From assembly GCA_964106915.2 (NCBI GenBank), contig OZ066923.1: a DNA stretch of 64,000 bases; one strand, written 5' to 3'. Source of the stretch: Podarcis gaigeae (taxonomy: Eukaryota). A program made the translations under genes and the position numbers. Of this stretch, positions 1 through 12,366 are shown one piece after another. Positions within the stretch are counted from its first letter, which is position 1. The number at the start of each line of letters is the position of its first letter. The notes beneath the pieces are model-generated. The model did not search any database. It worked only from the letters and a program-made list of their open reading frames with translations, and was not told the origin of the DNA.

Positions 1-561
1 TACCAGTGTGCAAGGGTGACTGTTTTAGGATTATCAGTATAGAGTTTTAAGCTTACTCTTGCTTGGCTTGCACATTTCTAAACTGATATTTTGAAGCCCA
101 GATCTCTTGCGTGGTGCAGACAAAAACATTTTAATTCCCAATTTTCCCTTCATCAGCAGTTCATTGTGTCAAACATTCCAGCATCCAAACTAAAATAAAC
201 CACAAACATTTTAACATATGGATTCCTCAGTCTCATTAAATTACTTGTACAGTGCATAGCAATGTCACAGCCAACACCAGAGATTAGATCTAATAAGGAC
301 TATCACCACAAAGCTCTTGGCATAAGATGCAGGCTGATGAGCTCACAGACAGATGAGACCTTTCTACTGTTTACAGCTACAGAAAGATACAAATGAAAAT
401 GATCTTCACTATTTCTAATCCTCTTGGCACCTTTGTTAATATATATTCCAAGTGACATAAAGATAGAAAGGTATAATGCACATGAATTGCAAGATTGTTT
501 TGAACATGATTTTTATATAATTCTGTAAAATTTTGTACTATTTTAGTTACCTTATTCAAAT

Positions 562-563
562 GA

Positions 564-607
<44 letters not shown>

Positions 608-609
608 AA
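562..609. repeat. (GAAA)n microsatellite
   Basis: About 12 perfect GAAA units. Confidence 0.95.
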
Positions 610-1774
610 TCACAATAGCAGCATGGCACCTGAATAACTGATTAAATATTTTGCTATTTTTATTCTTTTCTACATTTTTGGTTTTCATTTGGTGTTTTCT
701 CTTTCTCTTTTGGTTTTTATTTAGATTAGTTTCTTTTAAATTATTGTATAACGTTCAGTAAAACAATTCTGGACTTAGATACAGTTATATACAGATACAT
801 ATGAATACAAAGTATCTCCATTGCTCCAAATAAACTCCAGGAATTCAAAACATAACACTGGACAAATAACACCCAGACTGATGACTCACATACTAACTAA
901 TTGAGCTTACGTACATTAATCACCGATATAGTTGAGGCACTGGGCCACTATCATCACAACTGCCTTGGCTGAACTTGCACCTACGATTAGCTCATCCATG
1001 GTGATTTATACTCCATGAAGGAAATTAACCTCTTCTTATGTCTGGTTACTCCAACATGCCTTTAGTTATAAACGCGGAGCAATAAGGGGAGGGAGTTTAG
1101 TGAAACAAGGGAGACAAAATGGAGAAGAAGAAAGGAGGACGATAGGGAAAGCCTTGCTTGCTTTTCCTGTCCCCTTCTGCCCTTCCATTTTCCTTTTCCA
1201 TTCTGTCTCCCTTGCTTCACTCACAGCAGTTTTCCTCCCCATTGCACTTTGTCCTATTTTACCTTCCTTTTCTGTACCTCTATCAAAACACTAACCCACA
1301 TAATCCTGCTCAAGTACTGTGCTGCTTGTGCAGCTGTCTCTTGATGGGCAGACTCCCGCCTTTGCAAGAGAACAGCTTCAGTTTCCAGCTGTAACCCATG
1401 CTGCAAAAGGGACAGAGGAAGAGGTCAGTAGAATGGAAAGAGGAGGAATGTTGTGGGGGAGGGTTGGGGGGGGGAGATAGATGAGTACTTGCCTGGATGG
1501 AGGATAGAAAGGAATATGCAAGTATCAAGAAACCTTCTCGGGGAAGAGGTATCACTGCTGCTTCAAGGAAGCAGGCAGGTGGCAAGGAGGTGGGCATGGC
1601 ATCCAGATCCAAATCTACTGCCCTTTCCAGAGTGCTGCCTCAGAAAGGATTCCTCATGGTAGGCCACTGTTAAACTGGATGCATAAACACTGCTTTCTTT
1701 ATCTTGTGAATTGCCCTGAGATCTTCAGATCAAGGGCAGTTTATAGATTTAATAAATAATAATAAATAATTATT

Positions 1775-2196
1775 AGTGATGTATGGAAGTGAAAGCTGGA
1801 CCATAAAGAAGGCTGATCGCCAAAGAATTGATGCTTTTGAATTATGGTGCTGGAGGAGACTCTTGAGAGTCCCATGGACTGCAAGAAGATGAAACCTCTC
1901 CATTCTTAAGGAAATCAGCCCTGAGAGCTCACTGGAAGGACAGATCGTGAAGCTGAGACTCCAATACTTTGGCCACCTCATGAGAAGAGAGGACTCCCTG
2001 GAAAAGACCCTATTGTTGGGAAAGATGTAGGGCACAAGGAGAAGGGGACGACAGAGGACGAGATGGTTGGATAGTGTTCTCAAAGCTACCAGCATGAGTT
2101 TGACCAAACTGCGGGAGGCAGTGGAAGACAGGAGTGCTCTGGTCCATGGGGTCACGAAGAGTCGGACACGACTAAACGACTAAACAACAACAACAA
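1775..2196 (+). mobile_element. 5'-truncated RTE/BovB LINE 3' end
   Basis: Degenerate RT C-terminus (MYGSESWTIKKADRQRIDAFELWCWRRLLRVPWTARR...), then GGGGTCACGAAGAGTCGGACACGACT and a (CAA)n tail; near-identical to 56055-56305. Confidence 0.9.
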
Positions 2197-2316
2197 AATA
2201 AATAATTTCTGATAAAGAATGCTTATTGATTTGATAGGAAACCATCTGCCATGTTCTATTGCCTCTTCCAGTCAGGTGTTCTAATGTCATCATCCATGTC
2301 ATACATTAGACAGAAA

Positions 2317-2446
2317 CAGTGGCGTAGCGTGGGTTGTCAGCACCCGGGGCAAGGCAAGTAATTTGCGCCCCCTAACCCGTGGATTTGCGCACCCTAACCC
2401 CCAGATGTTGCGCCCGGTGCGGCTGGGCCCCCCTGCACCCCCACGC
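2317..2446. mobile_element. GC-rich non-autonomous DNA transposon (hAT-like) cut off by the gap
   Basis: Starts CAGTGGCGTAGCGTGG; the last bases before the gap (CCACGC) fit the start of the complementary TIR. Confidence 0.5.
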
Positions 2447-3095
2447 NNNNNNNNNNNNNNNNNNNNNNNNNNNNNNNNNNNNNNNNNNNNNNNNNNNNNN
2501 NNNNNNNNNNNNNNNNNNNNNNNNNNNNNNNNNNNNNNNNNNNNNNNNNNNNNNNNNNNNNNNNNNNNNNNNNNNNNNNNNNNNNNNNNNNNNNNNNNNN
2601 NNNNNNNNNNNNNNNNNNNNNNNNNNNNNNNNNNNNNNNNNNNNNNNNNNNNNNNNNNNNNNNNNNNNNNNNNNNNNNNNNNNNNNNNNNNNNNNNNNNN
2701 NNNNNNNNNNNNNNNNNNNNNNNNNNNNNNNNNNNNNNNNNNNNNNNNNNNNNNNNNNNNNNNNNNNNNNNNNNNNNNNNNNNNNNNNNNNNNNNNNNNN
2801 NNNNNNNNNNNNNNNNNNNNNNNNNNNNNNNNNNNNNNNNNNNNNNNNNNNNNNNNNNNNNNNNNNNNNNNNNNNNNNNNNNNNNNNNNNNNNNNNNNNN
2901 NNNNNNNNNNNNNNNNNNNNNNNNNNNNNNNNNNNNNNNNNNNNNNNNNNNNNNNNNNNNNNNNNNNNNNNNNNNNNNNNNNNNNNNNNNNNNNNNNNNN
3001 NNNNNNNNNNNNNNNNNNNNNNNNNNNNNNNNNNNNNNNNNNNNNNNNNNNNNNNNNNNNNNNNNNNNNNNNNNNNNNNNNNNNNNNNNNNNNNN
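2447..3095. other. Assembly gap (649 N)
   Basis: Run of N. Confidence 1.
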
Positions 3096-4459
3096 AAAAG
3101 ACTTCGCACTAATCAGACAAAGGCAGTGCACCACAGGGCAAGTGACAGAGATTGTTCTGGCATATCTCTGCATTTATTTTTAAATTTAAAAAGGAAATAT
3201 TAAAGTATGGCTAAATGTGCACATCCAGTAAAACTAGCATATAGAACTCTTGCCTTACAATTGCTTTCAAGCTTCCCTAGGATTCGATGCCTTCATCTGC
3301 ACACTCCCCAGATCTCTATTAAATTCATTGTGCAATATAGCCAGGACTGACAGAGCAGACAGAGATCCAGTCTGCTGTCTCTAAGCAGCTTCTTTTTGCT
3401 CTCGAGAGGCACAGAAACATCTCTTTTAGAAGCATGCCCCCAGACACTTTCCAGCTCTCAGTGGTCCAGGGCAGTTTTTCTTCTCTTAATCTCCTACGTT
3501 CTTTTCCAGGTAGTTTCACTGTCCACAAACCTCTGTGCAATTAAAGAGACTGGCACAAGGACACCAAAACCCTGCAGCAGCGAACAAAAGATAATTAGAA
3601 CTTCACAGTTCCAAAAGGTCTTGCAGACTCATGCACACAGTCTTTCTACTGGGACAAGAGATCAAAGCCGATAGCAACCTTGTGCAATGATTAAGATTTA
3701 ATGTTAAGCCTATGAAAATACCACAAAAAAATTATGGAATATTAAACAGTTACTCAAATCACTTACTTCCCCCCCCCCCAAACTAATCACTCCCCTTTAT
3801 ATTGATGAGGAAGAAAACACAATTTTATTTTAATTAAGATGAGCCATCTTCTCTGCCCTTTTCAAACCGATGAGATGTTCATCATTTTTAATGTGTGTGT
3901 ACTAATTATTGCAAGTTTTAAATGAGGCAATGGATTAAGTCCCCAACAATTTTATTTGTCTGACAAACTCTCCCCTGAGCAAGTTGGCTAAACTAAAGTG
4001 ATCCCTTTCTGGCCCATTCATGCCACATCTACAGGGTACCATTGGGGCCACAAATAAGATGCAGCTATATTTTGCAATGTCTTAAGGAGCTTCATTCCAG
4101 ATTTAGAAATAATAGAATAATGTGGGACACGTGTTTGGATTTCAGTACAAGGAGAATAACACCTACCTATTTAAAACATTAATATCCTACCTTTACTCAA
4201 GGCAGCCAACAATAAAGAACATCAAAAATTTCAAAAAGCACCAGAACAGGAGGGGAAACAGGAACGAAGCAGCTATTAAAACAATCTGGCATCTTCTAGC
4301 AAGTAAAAACAATGCAGCAAGTTGAAAACAAATTTTAAAAGCATCTTTCAAAAAGTGTTCATGGCTCAAAAGCTCTCCTAAGCAGCAAGATTTTAGCTAG
4401 TTGGCATGAGGCTGCATTGATACCATTTGTTTACTGTGGGACTATCTATCTATCTATAT

Positions 4460-4796
4460 GGGACACGGGTGGCGCTGTGGGTTAAACCACAGAGCCTAGG
4501 ACTTGCCGATCAAAAGATCAGCGGTTCGAATCCCCGCAACAGGGTGAGCTCCCGTTGCTCAGTCCCTGCTCCTGCCCACCTAGCAGTTCGAAAGCACATC
4601 AAAGTGCAAGTAGATAAACAGGTACCGCTCCGGCGGGAAGGTAAACGTTGTTTCCGTGCACTGCTCTGGTTTGCCAGAAGCGGCATGGCCCGGAAGCTGT
4701 ACGCCAGCTCCCTCGGCCGGTAACGTGAGATGAGCACCGCAATCCCAGAGTCGGCCACGACTGGACCTAATGGTCAGGGGTCCCTTTACCTTTACC
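4460..4796 (+). mobile_element. Sauria SINE (Squam1)
   Basis: tRNA-like head GGGACACGGGTGGCGCTGTGGGTTAAA, B box GGTTCGAATCC, tail (ACCTTT)n; internal deletion relative to 26331-26688. Confidence 0.9.
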
Positions 4797-4934
4797 TATA
4801 TATCAGTATGAATAGCCTCTCTGAAATGGTGACAAAGAATACAGGGATAAACAGCAATTCTGCATCCAAGCTCCCACTTGTGAGTGAGCTGAAGACACAT
4901 TTCTGCACATAAAGAAGCATTTCCTGCCTACCTC

Positions 4935-5072
4935 CAGCTCAGTGGTAAAGCACCTGCCTTGCATGTAGAAGGCCCCAGGTTCAAGCCCCAGCATCACAAA
5001 ATGGGCCTGGCACAGACCCTTCTCTGAAATCCTAGAGAGCTACTGCCAGTTTATAGAGACAGCGCTGGGCTA
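4935..5072 (+). mobile_element. tRNA-derived SINE remnant
   Basis: A box AGCTCAGTGG and B box GGTTCAAGCCC followed by a non-tRNA body. Confidence 0.6.
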
Positions 5073-5077
5073 ACTAA

Positions 5078-5190
5078 GTACATAAGAGCCTGCTGAATCA
5101 GCCCAGTGCCCATCTAGTCCAGCATCCTGTTCTCACCAGAGCCAATGGGATGCCTATGAGAAGTGCGCAAGCAGGACCTGAGCACAGGAA
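5078..5190 (-). mobile_element. CR1 LINE 3' end fragment
   Basis: CATAAGAGCCTGCTGAATCAG...CATCTAGTCCAGCATCCTGTTCTCAC; similar to 47560-47850. Confidence 0.6.
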
Positions 5191-6469
5191 CTGGTAATCT
5201 CAGTCATAACACTTAGCATTCGATTTAACGATTGCAAATTAGAGGTTCATTTCTTCTTTGTCAATCACACAGCGATAGCTTTGCATGTAAACTGTCCTTA
5301 TATAGCATGTGCTTTAAAACTGCCTTTTCAATGTCACTTATTAATAATATCAAGTAACAAACTACTCAGCAAGCTGGGGTCTATTAACAATTATTTAAGC
5401 TCCACATTCCATAGAATTGCCAATGCAATAGAAACAATACAGCTTGGGGAAATGAGTAGGAAATAGATGTGATTGTTTACAAATTGCACATGCAGTGTGG
5501 GTATGTGCATGCACTCTCAACAACAGGTATTGCATGGGCCTAATACTACTCCCTCTCCCCCATACTGGTTTTGGCTTTTGAAAAGCTGCTTGTTTTTGAA
5601 ATTCTGGTTGAGTACGCTGCATAGGTCAAATAATTCAATAGGAAAGTGCTATTTGCTTTTACTGAACTCAAATACAGTTGAGCTATTTTTACTAAGCATG
5701 CAGTGAGTGTGTGTGTAATTAGTGGTTTCATCCATATGTGCTATAATTAATCTTACTTCTTGCATAGCCAGCCCAGTCTCCATCATGCACTGAGGAGAGC
5801 AAGCCTGCACTGCACAGGCAGATATATAAAACAGAAAATTGGCTGGGGGAAACAGCCCAGTAAAAAAATAACTGCATTATGTTGAAACAATCACAGCAAA
5901 ACTATTATATTTACTCGAATGTAATGTGCACTTTTTTTGGCCAAATTACGTTGCGAAAACTGAGGTGTACATTAGATTCAAAGGCACATTAAATTCACAT
6001 GCATACGGTAGATGCCCTAGCTTGATTGCTTCTTGCATCTGGAGATGAACCCCATTATATGCGCTATTTTATTACATGTACTATTTGGGTGTGGGGAGGG
6101 GGGCGTTGTGGTGGCTTGGTGAAATTACTAATTGCACTAAGGTGACCCACACCATAATCTTATGCATGATTACAAAGTCCCACAGAAACCTGGAACTATT
6201 TGAAACCAAAAGTAGACTCCCTGAAATTACAGTTCTTAATTATCCAAATAAGACAGTAAATGTCCTCTTGGTGTTCCAATCCTATGAACATCTTCCATTT
6301 TCATTTTAATCAGTTTACGCAAAATAGATCAAATTGCTTTAAAGTTCATCATATGCAAGTTTGTTTATTTGTTTTTATTTTTATGCAACTTCTTTTATTT
6401 TTGATGCTATTTCACAATTTAATAATACTATTCGACTTTGTTAATTAACAAACCAAGTGATTTGTTTCA

Positions 6470-6720
6470 GGGCTTGTCCACACTTCCATGTGCCCTGTGC
6501 CTAGAATGCATGAGTCTGAGCAGTTTTCCACTTGCCCCTTGCTTTCTAGGCATGGGTCAGAGAGGTTTTGCTTTTGTCCCACCACTTTCCCCTGGAAAGC
6601 CCACACTTTAGCAGAAAATCAGAGCAAACATCAATCTGGAGAAAACCCAACTGATGTTTGATCTGATTCAGCAGTTTTCCTGAGGGAAAGCAGTGGGGCA
6701 ACCCGAGGTGTGGATGACCC
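6470..6720. mobile_element. Fold-back MITE (possibly PIF/Harbinger-like)
   Basis: Imperfect TIRs GGGCTTGTCCACACTT / AGGTGTGGATGACCC and internal inverted arms. Confidence 0.45.
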
Positions 6721-7049
6721 CTCAGTTACAACCCTGAGTGTGGTTTTATGCGTTAAGCTTTATTCCCTGTTCCACTGGGTTGCTGCTGAGGAAATTTGAA
6801 CATCGACTGGGGGATCCAATGTATGTTAGAGCACTGACCAGGATTTGGTGTGCACTGTTCCCAAATTGGATTTCTAAATTAAAAAGGCCGTTGCATATGT
6901 CCGTTCCATTCCTTCCCTGATGTCCTGCTCCCCTGAGGTGTGTACTATTGTCAGCTTAAGATGTCTTGCTGTCTTCTTTTTATCACATACTTTTTCCTTC
7001 TCTCTTCTTCACAAAAGAGCCACATGGTGAGTAAATAAAAATACTAATA

Positions 7050-7290
7050 CAGTGGTACCTTGGTTTAAGAACAGCCCTGTTTACGAACTATTCAGTTTAC
7101 AAACTCTGCAAAACCGGAAATAGGGTCTTAGTTTGAGAACTTTACCTTGGTCTAAGAATGGAATCCAAATGGTGGAAGGGCACCAGTGGCGAGAGGCCTC
7201 ATTAGGGAAAGCGCGCCTTGGTTTAAGAACGGTTTTGGTTTAAGAACTGGCTTCCGGAACGGATTAAGTTCTTAAAGCGAAGTACCACTG
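7050..7290. mobile_element. Tc1/mariner (pogo/Tigger-like) MITE
   Basis: TIRs CAGTGGTACCTTGGTTTAAGAAC / GTTCTTAAAGCGAAGTACCACTG with TA target duplication. Confidence 0.85.
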
Positions 7291-9192
7291 TATTTTAAAT
7301 GAGATGCACAGTGTAGTAGCTTATATAGGACAACAGTACTATTGCAAATAATTTGTAACCATGACAACAAAGTCTGAACATACTGTTTCACGTTAGAGGA
7401 ACCTCACCTGTGTTTATACAGCTTCACAACTACTGCTTGTTGTGTAAGCACTGGTATTTTAAACCCTGCATTCTAGTTTAGGCCACTACGTAAGAAAGTT
7501 ACAGGTTGGGCTGGCATTAGTAAGCATTATTAACCTCTTGGTGAGGAAGCAATGTCAGATTTACTCATCTGAAATCAGGGCAGAAATGTACAAATGTGAA
7601 CAAAAATGCAGCAATTATAGGAACATGAATAAATAAGGTAAGCAGAAACAAATAAATTCATACACCTTTACTGCTCTCTCTCATATTTAACTGTCAGTTC
7701 ATTAGAGCTATGCAAGCAGGTCTCATTCTAATTCAGGTGTTGCTTTACAACACAGAGGAACTTGTCATTTCAGCACTCTGGTTAGCTCCAGGACTCAGCT
7801 TGCAGCTTCAGGATCACCTACTCTAGGAGACCCCATTTCACCTTTGATACAGCAGGTTCTATTTCCTAATGTTGTATTGTGTTCAAACTCTTCCCCGGCT
7901 TTCCCATCCTACATTCTAAATATGAACTTTCCATGAAGATTTTGGAGGCAACCCATTATGGTGGGTTACCTTGAAACAGCTGGCTCTGGGAAACTTTATT
8001 TCTAATGAATATGCAGACTAGGGTTGAGGAAACCTGCAAGTGGACTTACACACACACACACAAACCAACTAGACATGGAAGATCCAGTTCCCCACCTCTG
8101 CCAGAGAGCGTTGGCTTTTATGGTGATTGTAGCTTCCCTCCCCAGCTGCATTATCCATGAATTCCTGTCCAACCCATGCAGCAATTAAAAGTTGTATTTT
8201 ATTATTTTGTCAACTACCTTAAAGGCTCCTTAAAAGAAAAGGGCAAGTGGAATCAAAGAATAAAAGCAAGACTTTTAAAGAATGAACATCAGAAGCCAGT
8301 CAGGTAACTTTTTAGTCTTCTCTTTACTGTTGTAAGTCTCTTCTATTATGCAGTCATCTACTAGTTGGAACACAAACGACTTATTTTGCTTTCATTGTTG
8401 TCTGGGTTTAGAGAAATACTACCATTTACTAAATGGCAAATTAAACTTAAGAGAATGATTGCAACTGACATCTGAATGGAGAAGACCCATTGCTTTTACA
8501 TTTCAAAAACACTGGCTGCAATAAGGAGGCATCATTCCTCAATGTCCCATAATTCCAAGATTATTTTAAATCTTTAAACTTTGGCTCTCCATATGCTGTT
8601 GTACTCCAACTCACATCAGCAAAACCCAGCATGGCCAAGGGTGAGGGACGATATAAGTTGTAGTTCAACAACATCTGGAGGGCTACAGGTTCCCCATCCC
8701 TACTTTAAATCCACACTTTTGTCGGGCAGGAAAGGAATAGCTATATCCTTTCTATTTCTCAGGGCTATTCCTAGTGGTTGTCACCTAATTTTTTGGATGT
8801 TACTTGCTTACATGCAGGCTTACATCAAGAACAGTTATCCCACTTCATGGGTGGATCACCCCTCTGATGTTATTGATGACTGAGCCTGCTGATTAGACAC
8901 CATTAAAAAGGAAATATTTTCTCCTCTGCTTTTAAATTCCTGAACCATTTTAAATCACTCCTCAGAGTGCTAAACTGACTCTGACTTCTTACATCAGGAA
9001 TGGGAAACCTGTGACCCTAATTCTGGAACCCCAAATTGCACTGCTGGATAAATCTCAGATATTTTAAATAAATAAAGGAAGCAATAGTGTTGTCAACAAA
9101 CTTTAAATGTTAAGTTTCACAGTTTGATTTTAATATAGACAATGCTCATGTTTTTCTAAAACTAATTCGAAAAATGAGACTGCCTTAATTCA

Positions 9193-9198
<6 letters not shown>

Positions 9199-9234
<36 letters not shown>

Positions 9235-9255
9235 TGTGTGTGTGTGTGTGTGTGT
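9199..9255. repeat. (CT)n(GT)n compound microsatellite
   Basis: Seen directly. Confidence 0.95.
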
Positions 9256-10254
9256 AACAGCAGTGTCACCTTCTTTTGCTGCTCATTCACTAAAAGTAGT
9301 GAGGTATGTGTCACAAATATTTCTCTGCTCTTTGGCATAATACAGAGAATTAGTTATCTATGTATACGCTTGACTTCTGTTCCTCAAGCAGGAAAATCCT
9401 CATGAGTACTAGAGGGTTTTCCACAGCACAAATGATCAAAAAGCATCTTCATCTATCTCATCCGCTCCAGGCACAGAATACAGCAGTCAAGGGTACTTCA
9501 AATCCAGAGGCTGCTTCAACAGCTGATTGCTTGGGTAAGCAGATTTCAAATTCATTGGCATTCTTGCCATGTAGGTATGGATTTCAAGCTGCACTGACAG
9601 CATCCTTTGGTCACAAACCAAAGTTTGCATCCTTTCATTGCAAACTTCAAAGTCAATTGATTACATAAGAGTGCAATGTGTTTTCTGTGTGATGCTGAAC
9701 CAAAGGAAATCAGGAGGGATGCAACTGACCTTGTGCGATATACTTCAGTACCTCAGGAATTTCCGGGGGAAAGAAGCGAGAAAGTGTGAATTCTCATGAG
9801 TGGGCTGCTGAATGGCAATGCCTTTCAGGACAATTTAAGATCATGTATACTATTTATTACGACAACTAAAGCAATGCACATTCCTGGCTACATTAAAAAC
9901 AAAAAAAGCCTCTATGTTCTTCTATTTGATTCTAAATCTAAATAGTTACAGTAGTCTTACATCACTTGGGCAACACATTTTTAAAGTAAGCAGAATGCTG
10001 GCAGCAATTCTACATCTGTTGTATATGTATTCAATGAAATATAGCGCTCAGTTTAAAAAAATTAAAACTGTGGTGTTCTCCTTTGTTTCAGTAAGTGCTC
10101 ACAAACCAAACAGCAACTGTGAAGCTAGAACTAGAGCAGGAATGAGGAACCTGTAGTTCTGTAGTTGTTGCTGGACTGCAAGCCCCATCATCCCTGACCA
10201 CTGGCCATGTTGGCTAGAGCTGATGGGAGTTGGAGTCCAACCACTTATGTGGAG

Positions 10255-12366
10255 CAGTGTTTCCCAACCAGTGTTCCGCGGCACACTAGTGTGCCGCGAG
10301 ACTTTGCCTGGTGTGCCGTGGGAGGGAGGCGGGCTCCATGTGCTTAGAGCAACAGGCTGCCGCCCCAAGCCTCGCGCCCGACGGGAGCTCCTGCCGGGTG
10401 CGCAAGGCTTGCAGACACTCGCCCGAAGCACGGGGCAGCCTCCGGAGGGCTCTGCGTGCTTCGGGCAACAGGCTGCCGCCCCAAGCCTCGCGCGCCCAGC
10501 GGGAGCTCCTGCCGGGCGCGCAAGGCTTGCAGACACTCGCCCGAAGCACGGGGAGCCCTCCGTAGGGCTCCCTGTGCTTCGGGCAACAGGCTGCCGCCCC
10601 AAGCCTTGCGCGCCTGGCAAGAGCTCCTGCCGGGCGCGCAAGACTTGCAGACACTCGCCCAAAGCACGGGCAGCCCTCCGTAGGGCTCCCTGTGCTTCGG
10701 GCAACAGGCTGCCGCCCCAAGCCTTGCGCGCCTGGCAGGAGCTCCTGCCGGGCGCGCAAGGCTTGCAGACACTCGCCCGAAGCACGGGGAGCCCTCCGTA
10801 GGGCTCCCTGTGCTTCGGGCAACAGGCTGCCGCCCCAAGCCTTGCGCGCCTGGCAGGAGCTCCTGCCGGGCGCGCAAGGCTTGCAGACACTCGCCCAAAG
10901 CACGGGGAGCCCTCCGTAGGGCTCCCTGTGCTTCGAGCAACAGGCTGCCGCCCCAAGCCTTGCCGCCTGGCAGGAGCTCCTGCCGGGCGCGCAGGGTTGC
11001 AGACACTCGCCCGAAGCACAGGGAGCCCTCCGTAGGGCTCCCTGTGCTTCGGGCAACAAGCTGCCGCCCCAAGCCTTGCGCGCCTGGCAGGAGCTCCTGC
11101 CGGGCGCGCAGGGTTGCAGACACTCGCCCGAAGCACGGGCAGCCCTCCGTAGGGCTCCCTGTGCTTCGGGCAACAGGCTGCCGCCCCAAGCCTTGCGCGC
11201 CTGGCAGGAGCTCCTGCCGGGCGCGCAAGGCTTGCAGCCACTCGCCCGAAGCACGGGGAGCCCTCCGTAGGGCTCCCTGTGCTTCGGGCAACAGGCTGCC
11301 GCCCCAAGCCTTGCCGCCTGGCAGGAGCTCCTGCCGGGCGCGCAGGGTTGCAGACACTCGCCCGAAGCACGGGGAGCCCTCCGTAGGGCTCCCTGTGCTT
11401 TGGGCAACAGGCTGCCGCCCCAAGCCTTGCGCGCCTGGCAGGAGCTCCTGCCGGGCGCGCAAGACTTGCAGACACTCGCCCGAAGCACGGGCAGCCCTCC
11501 CGTAGGGCTCCCTGTGCTTCGGGCAACAGGCTGCCGCCCCAAGCCTTGCGCGCCTGGCAGGAGCTCCTGCCGGGCGCGCAGGGTTGCAGACACTCGCCCG
11601 AAGCACAGGGAGCCCTCCGTAGGGCTCCCTGTGCTTCGGGCAACAAGCTGCCGCCCCAAGCCTTGCGCGCCTGGCAGGAGCTCCTGCCGGGCGCGCAGGG
11701 TTGCAGACACTCGCCCGAAGCACGGGCAGCCCTCCGTAGGGCTCCCTGTGCTTCGGGCAACAGGCTGCCGCCCCAAGCCTTGCGCGCCTGGCAGGAGCTC
11801 CTGCCGGGCGCGCAAGGGTTGCAGACACTCGCCCGAAGCACGGGGAGACCTCCGTAGGGCTCCCTGTGCTTCGGGCAACAGGCTGCCGCCCCAAGCCTTG
11901 CGCGCCTGGCAGGAGCTCCTGCCGGGCGCGCAAGGCTTGCAGACACTCGCCCGAAGCACGGGGAGCCCTCCGTAGGGCTCCCTGTGCTTCGGGCAACAGG
12001 CTGCCGCCCCAAGCCTTGCCGCCTGGCAGGAGCTCCTGCCGGGCGCGCAGGGTTGCAGACACTCGCCCGAAGCACGGGGAGCCCTCCGTAGGGCTCCCTG
12101 TGCTTCGGGCAACAAGCTGCCGCCCCAAGCCTTGCGCGCCTGGCAGGAGCTCCTGCCGGGCGCGCAGGGTTGCAGACACTGGCCGGAAGCACGGGGAGCC
12201 CTCCGTAGGGCTCCCTGTGCTTCGGGCAACAGGCTGCCGCCCCAAGCGGCATATAGTCAATATAGGCACAGAGTTAATTTTTTAAACATTTTCTAATGGT
12301 GGTGTGCCTCGAGATTTTTTTCATGAAACAAGTGTGCCTTTGCCCAAAAAAGGTTGGGAAACACTG
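10255..12366. mobile_element. Non-autonomous hAT transposon carrying about 16 x 118-bp double-hairpin tandem repeat
   Basis: Perfect 15-bp TIRs CAGTGTTTCCCAACC / GGTTGGGAAACACTG; 8-bp TSD ATGTGGAG (10247-10254, 12367-12374); inserted into an older short MITE (about 10137-12395). Confidence 0.93.

Noticed and set aside
2363-3203. ORFs of 245-274 aa
   Set aside because: Translations through the N gap
4935-5000. tRNA gene (also 37278-37335)
   Set aside because: Broken cloverleaf continuing into SINE bodies
10350-12245. CRISPR-like array of palindromic repeats
   Set aside because: No unique spacers, units are head-to-tail copies, eukaryotic context, no cas genes
10099-12285. Long ORFs of 641-717 aa and many shorter ones
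   Set aside because: Open in several frames because the GC-rich 118-bp repeat has few stop codons; no transposase or other domain
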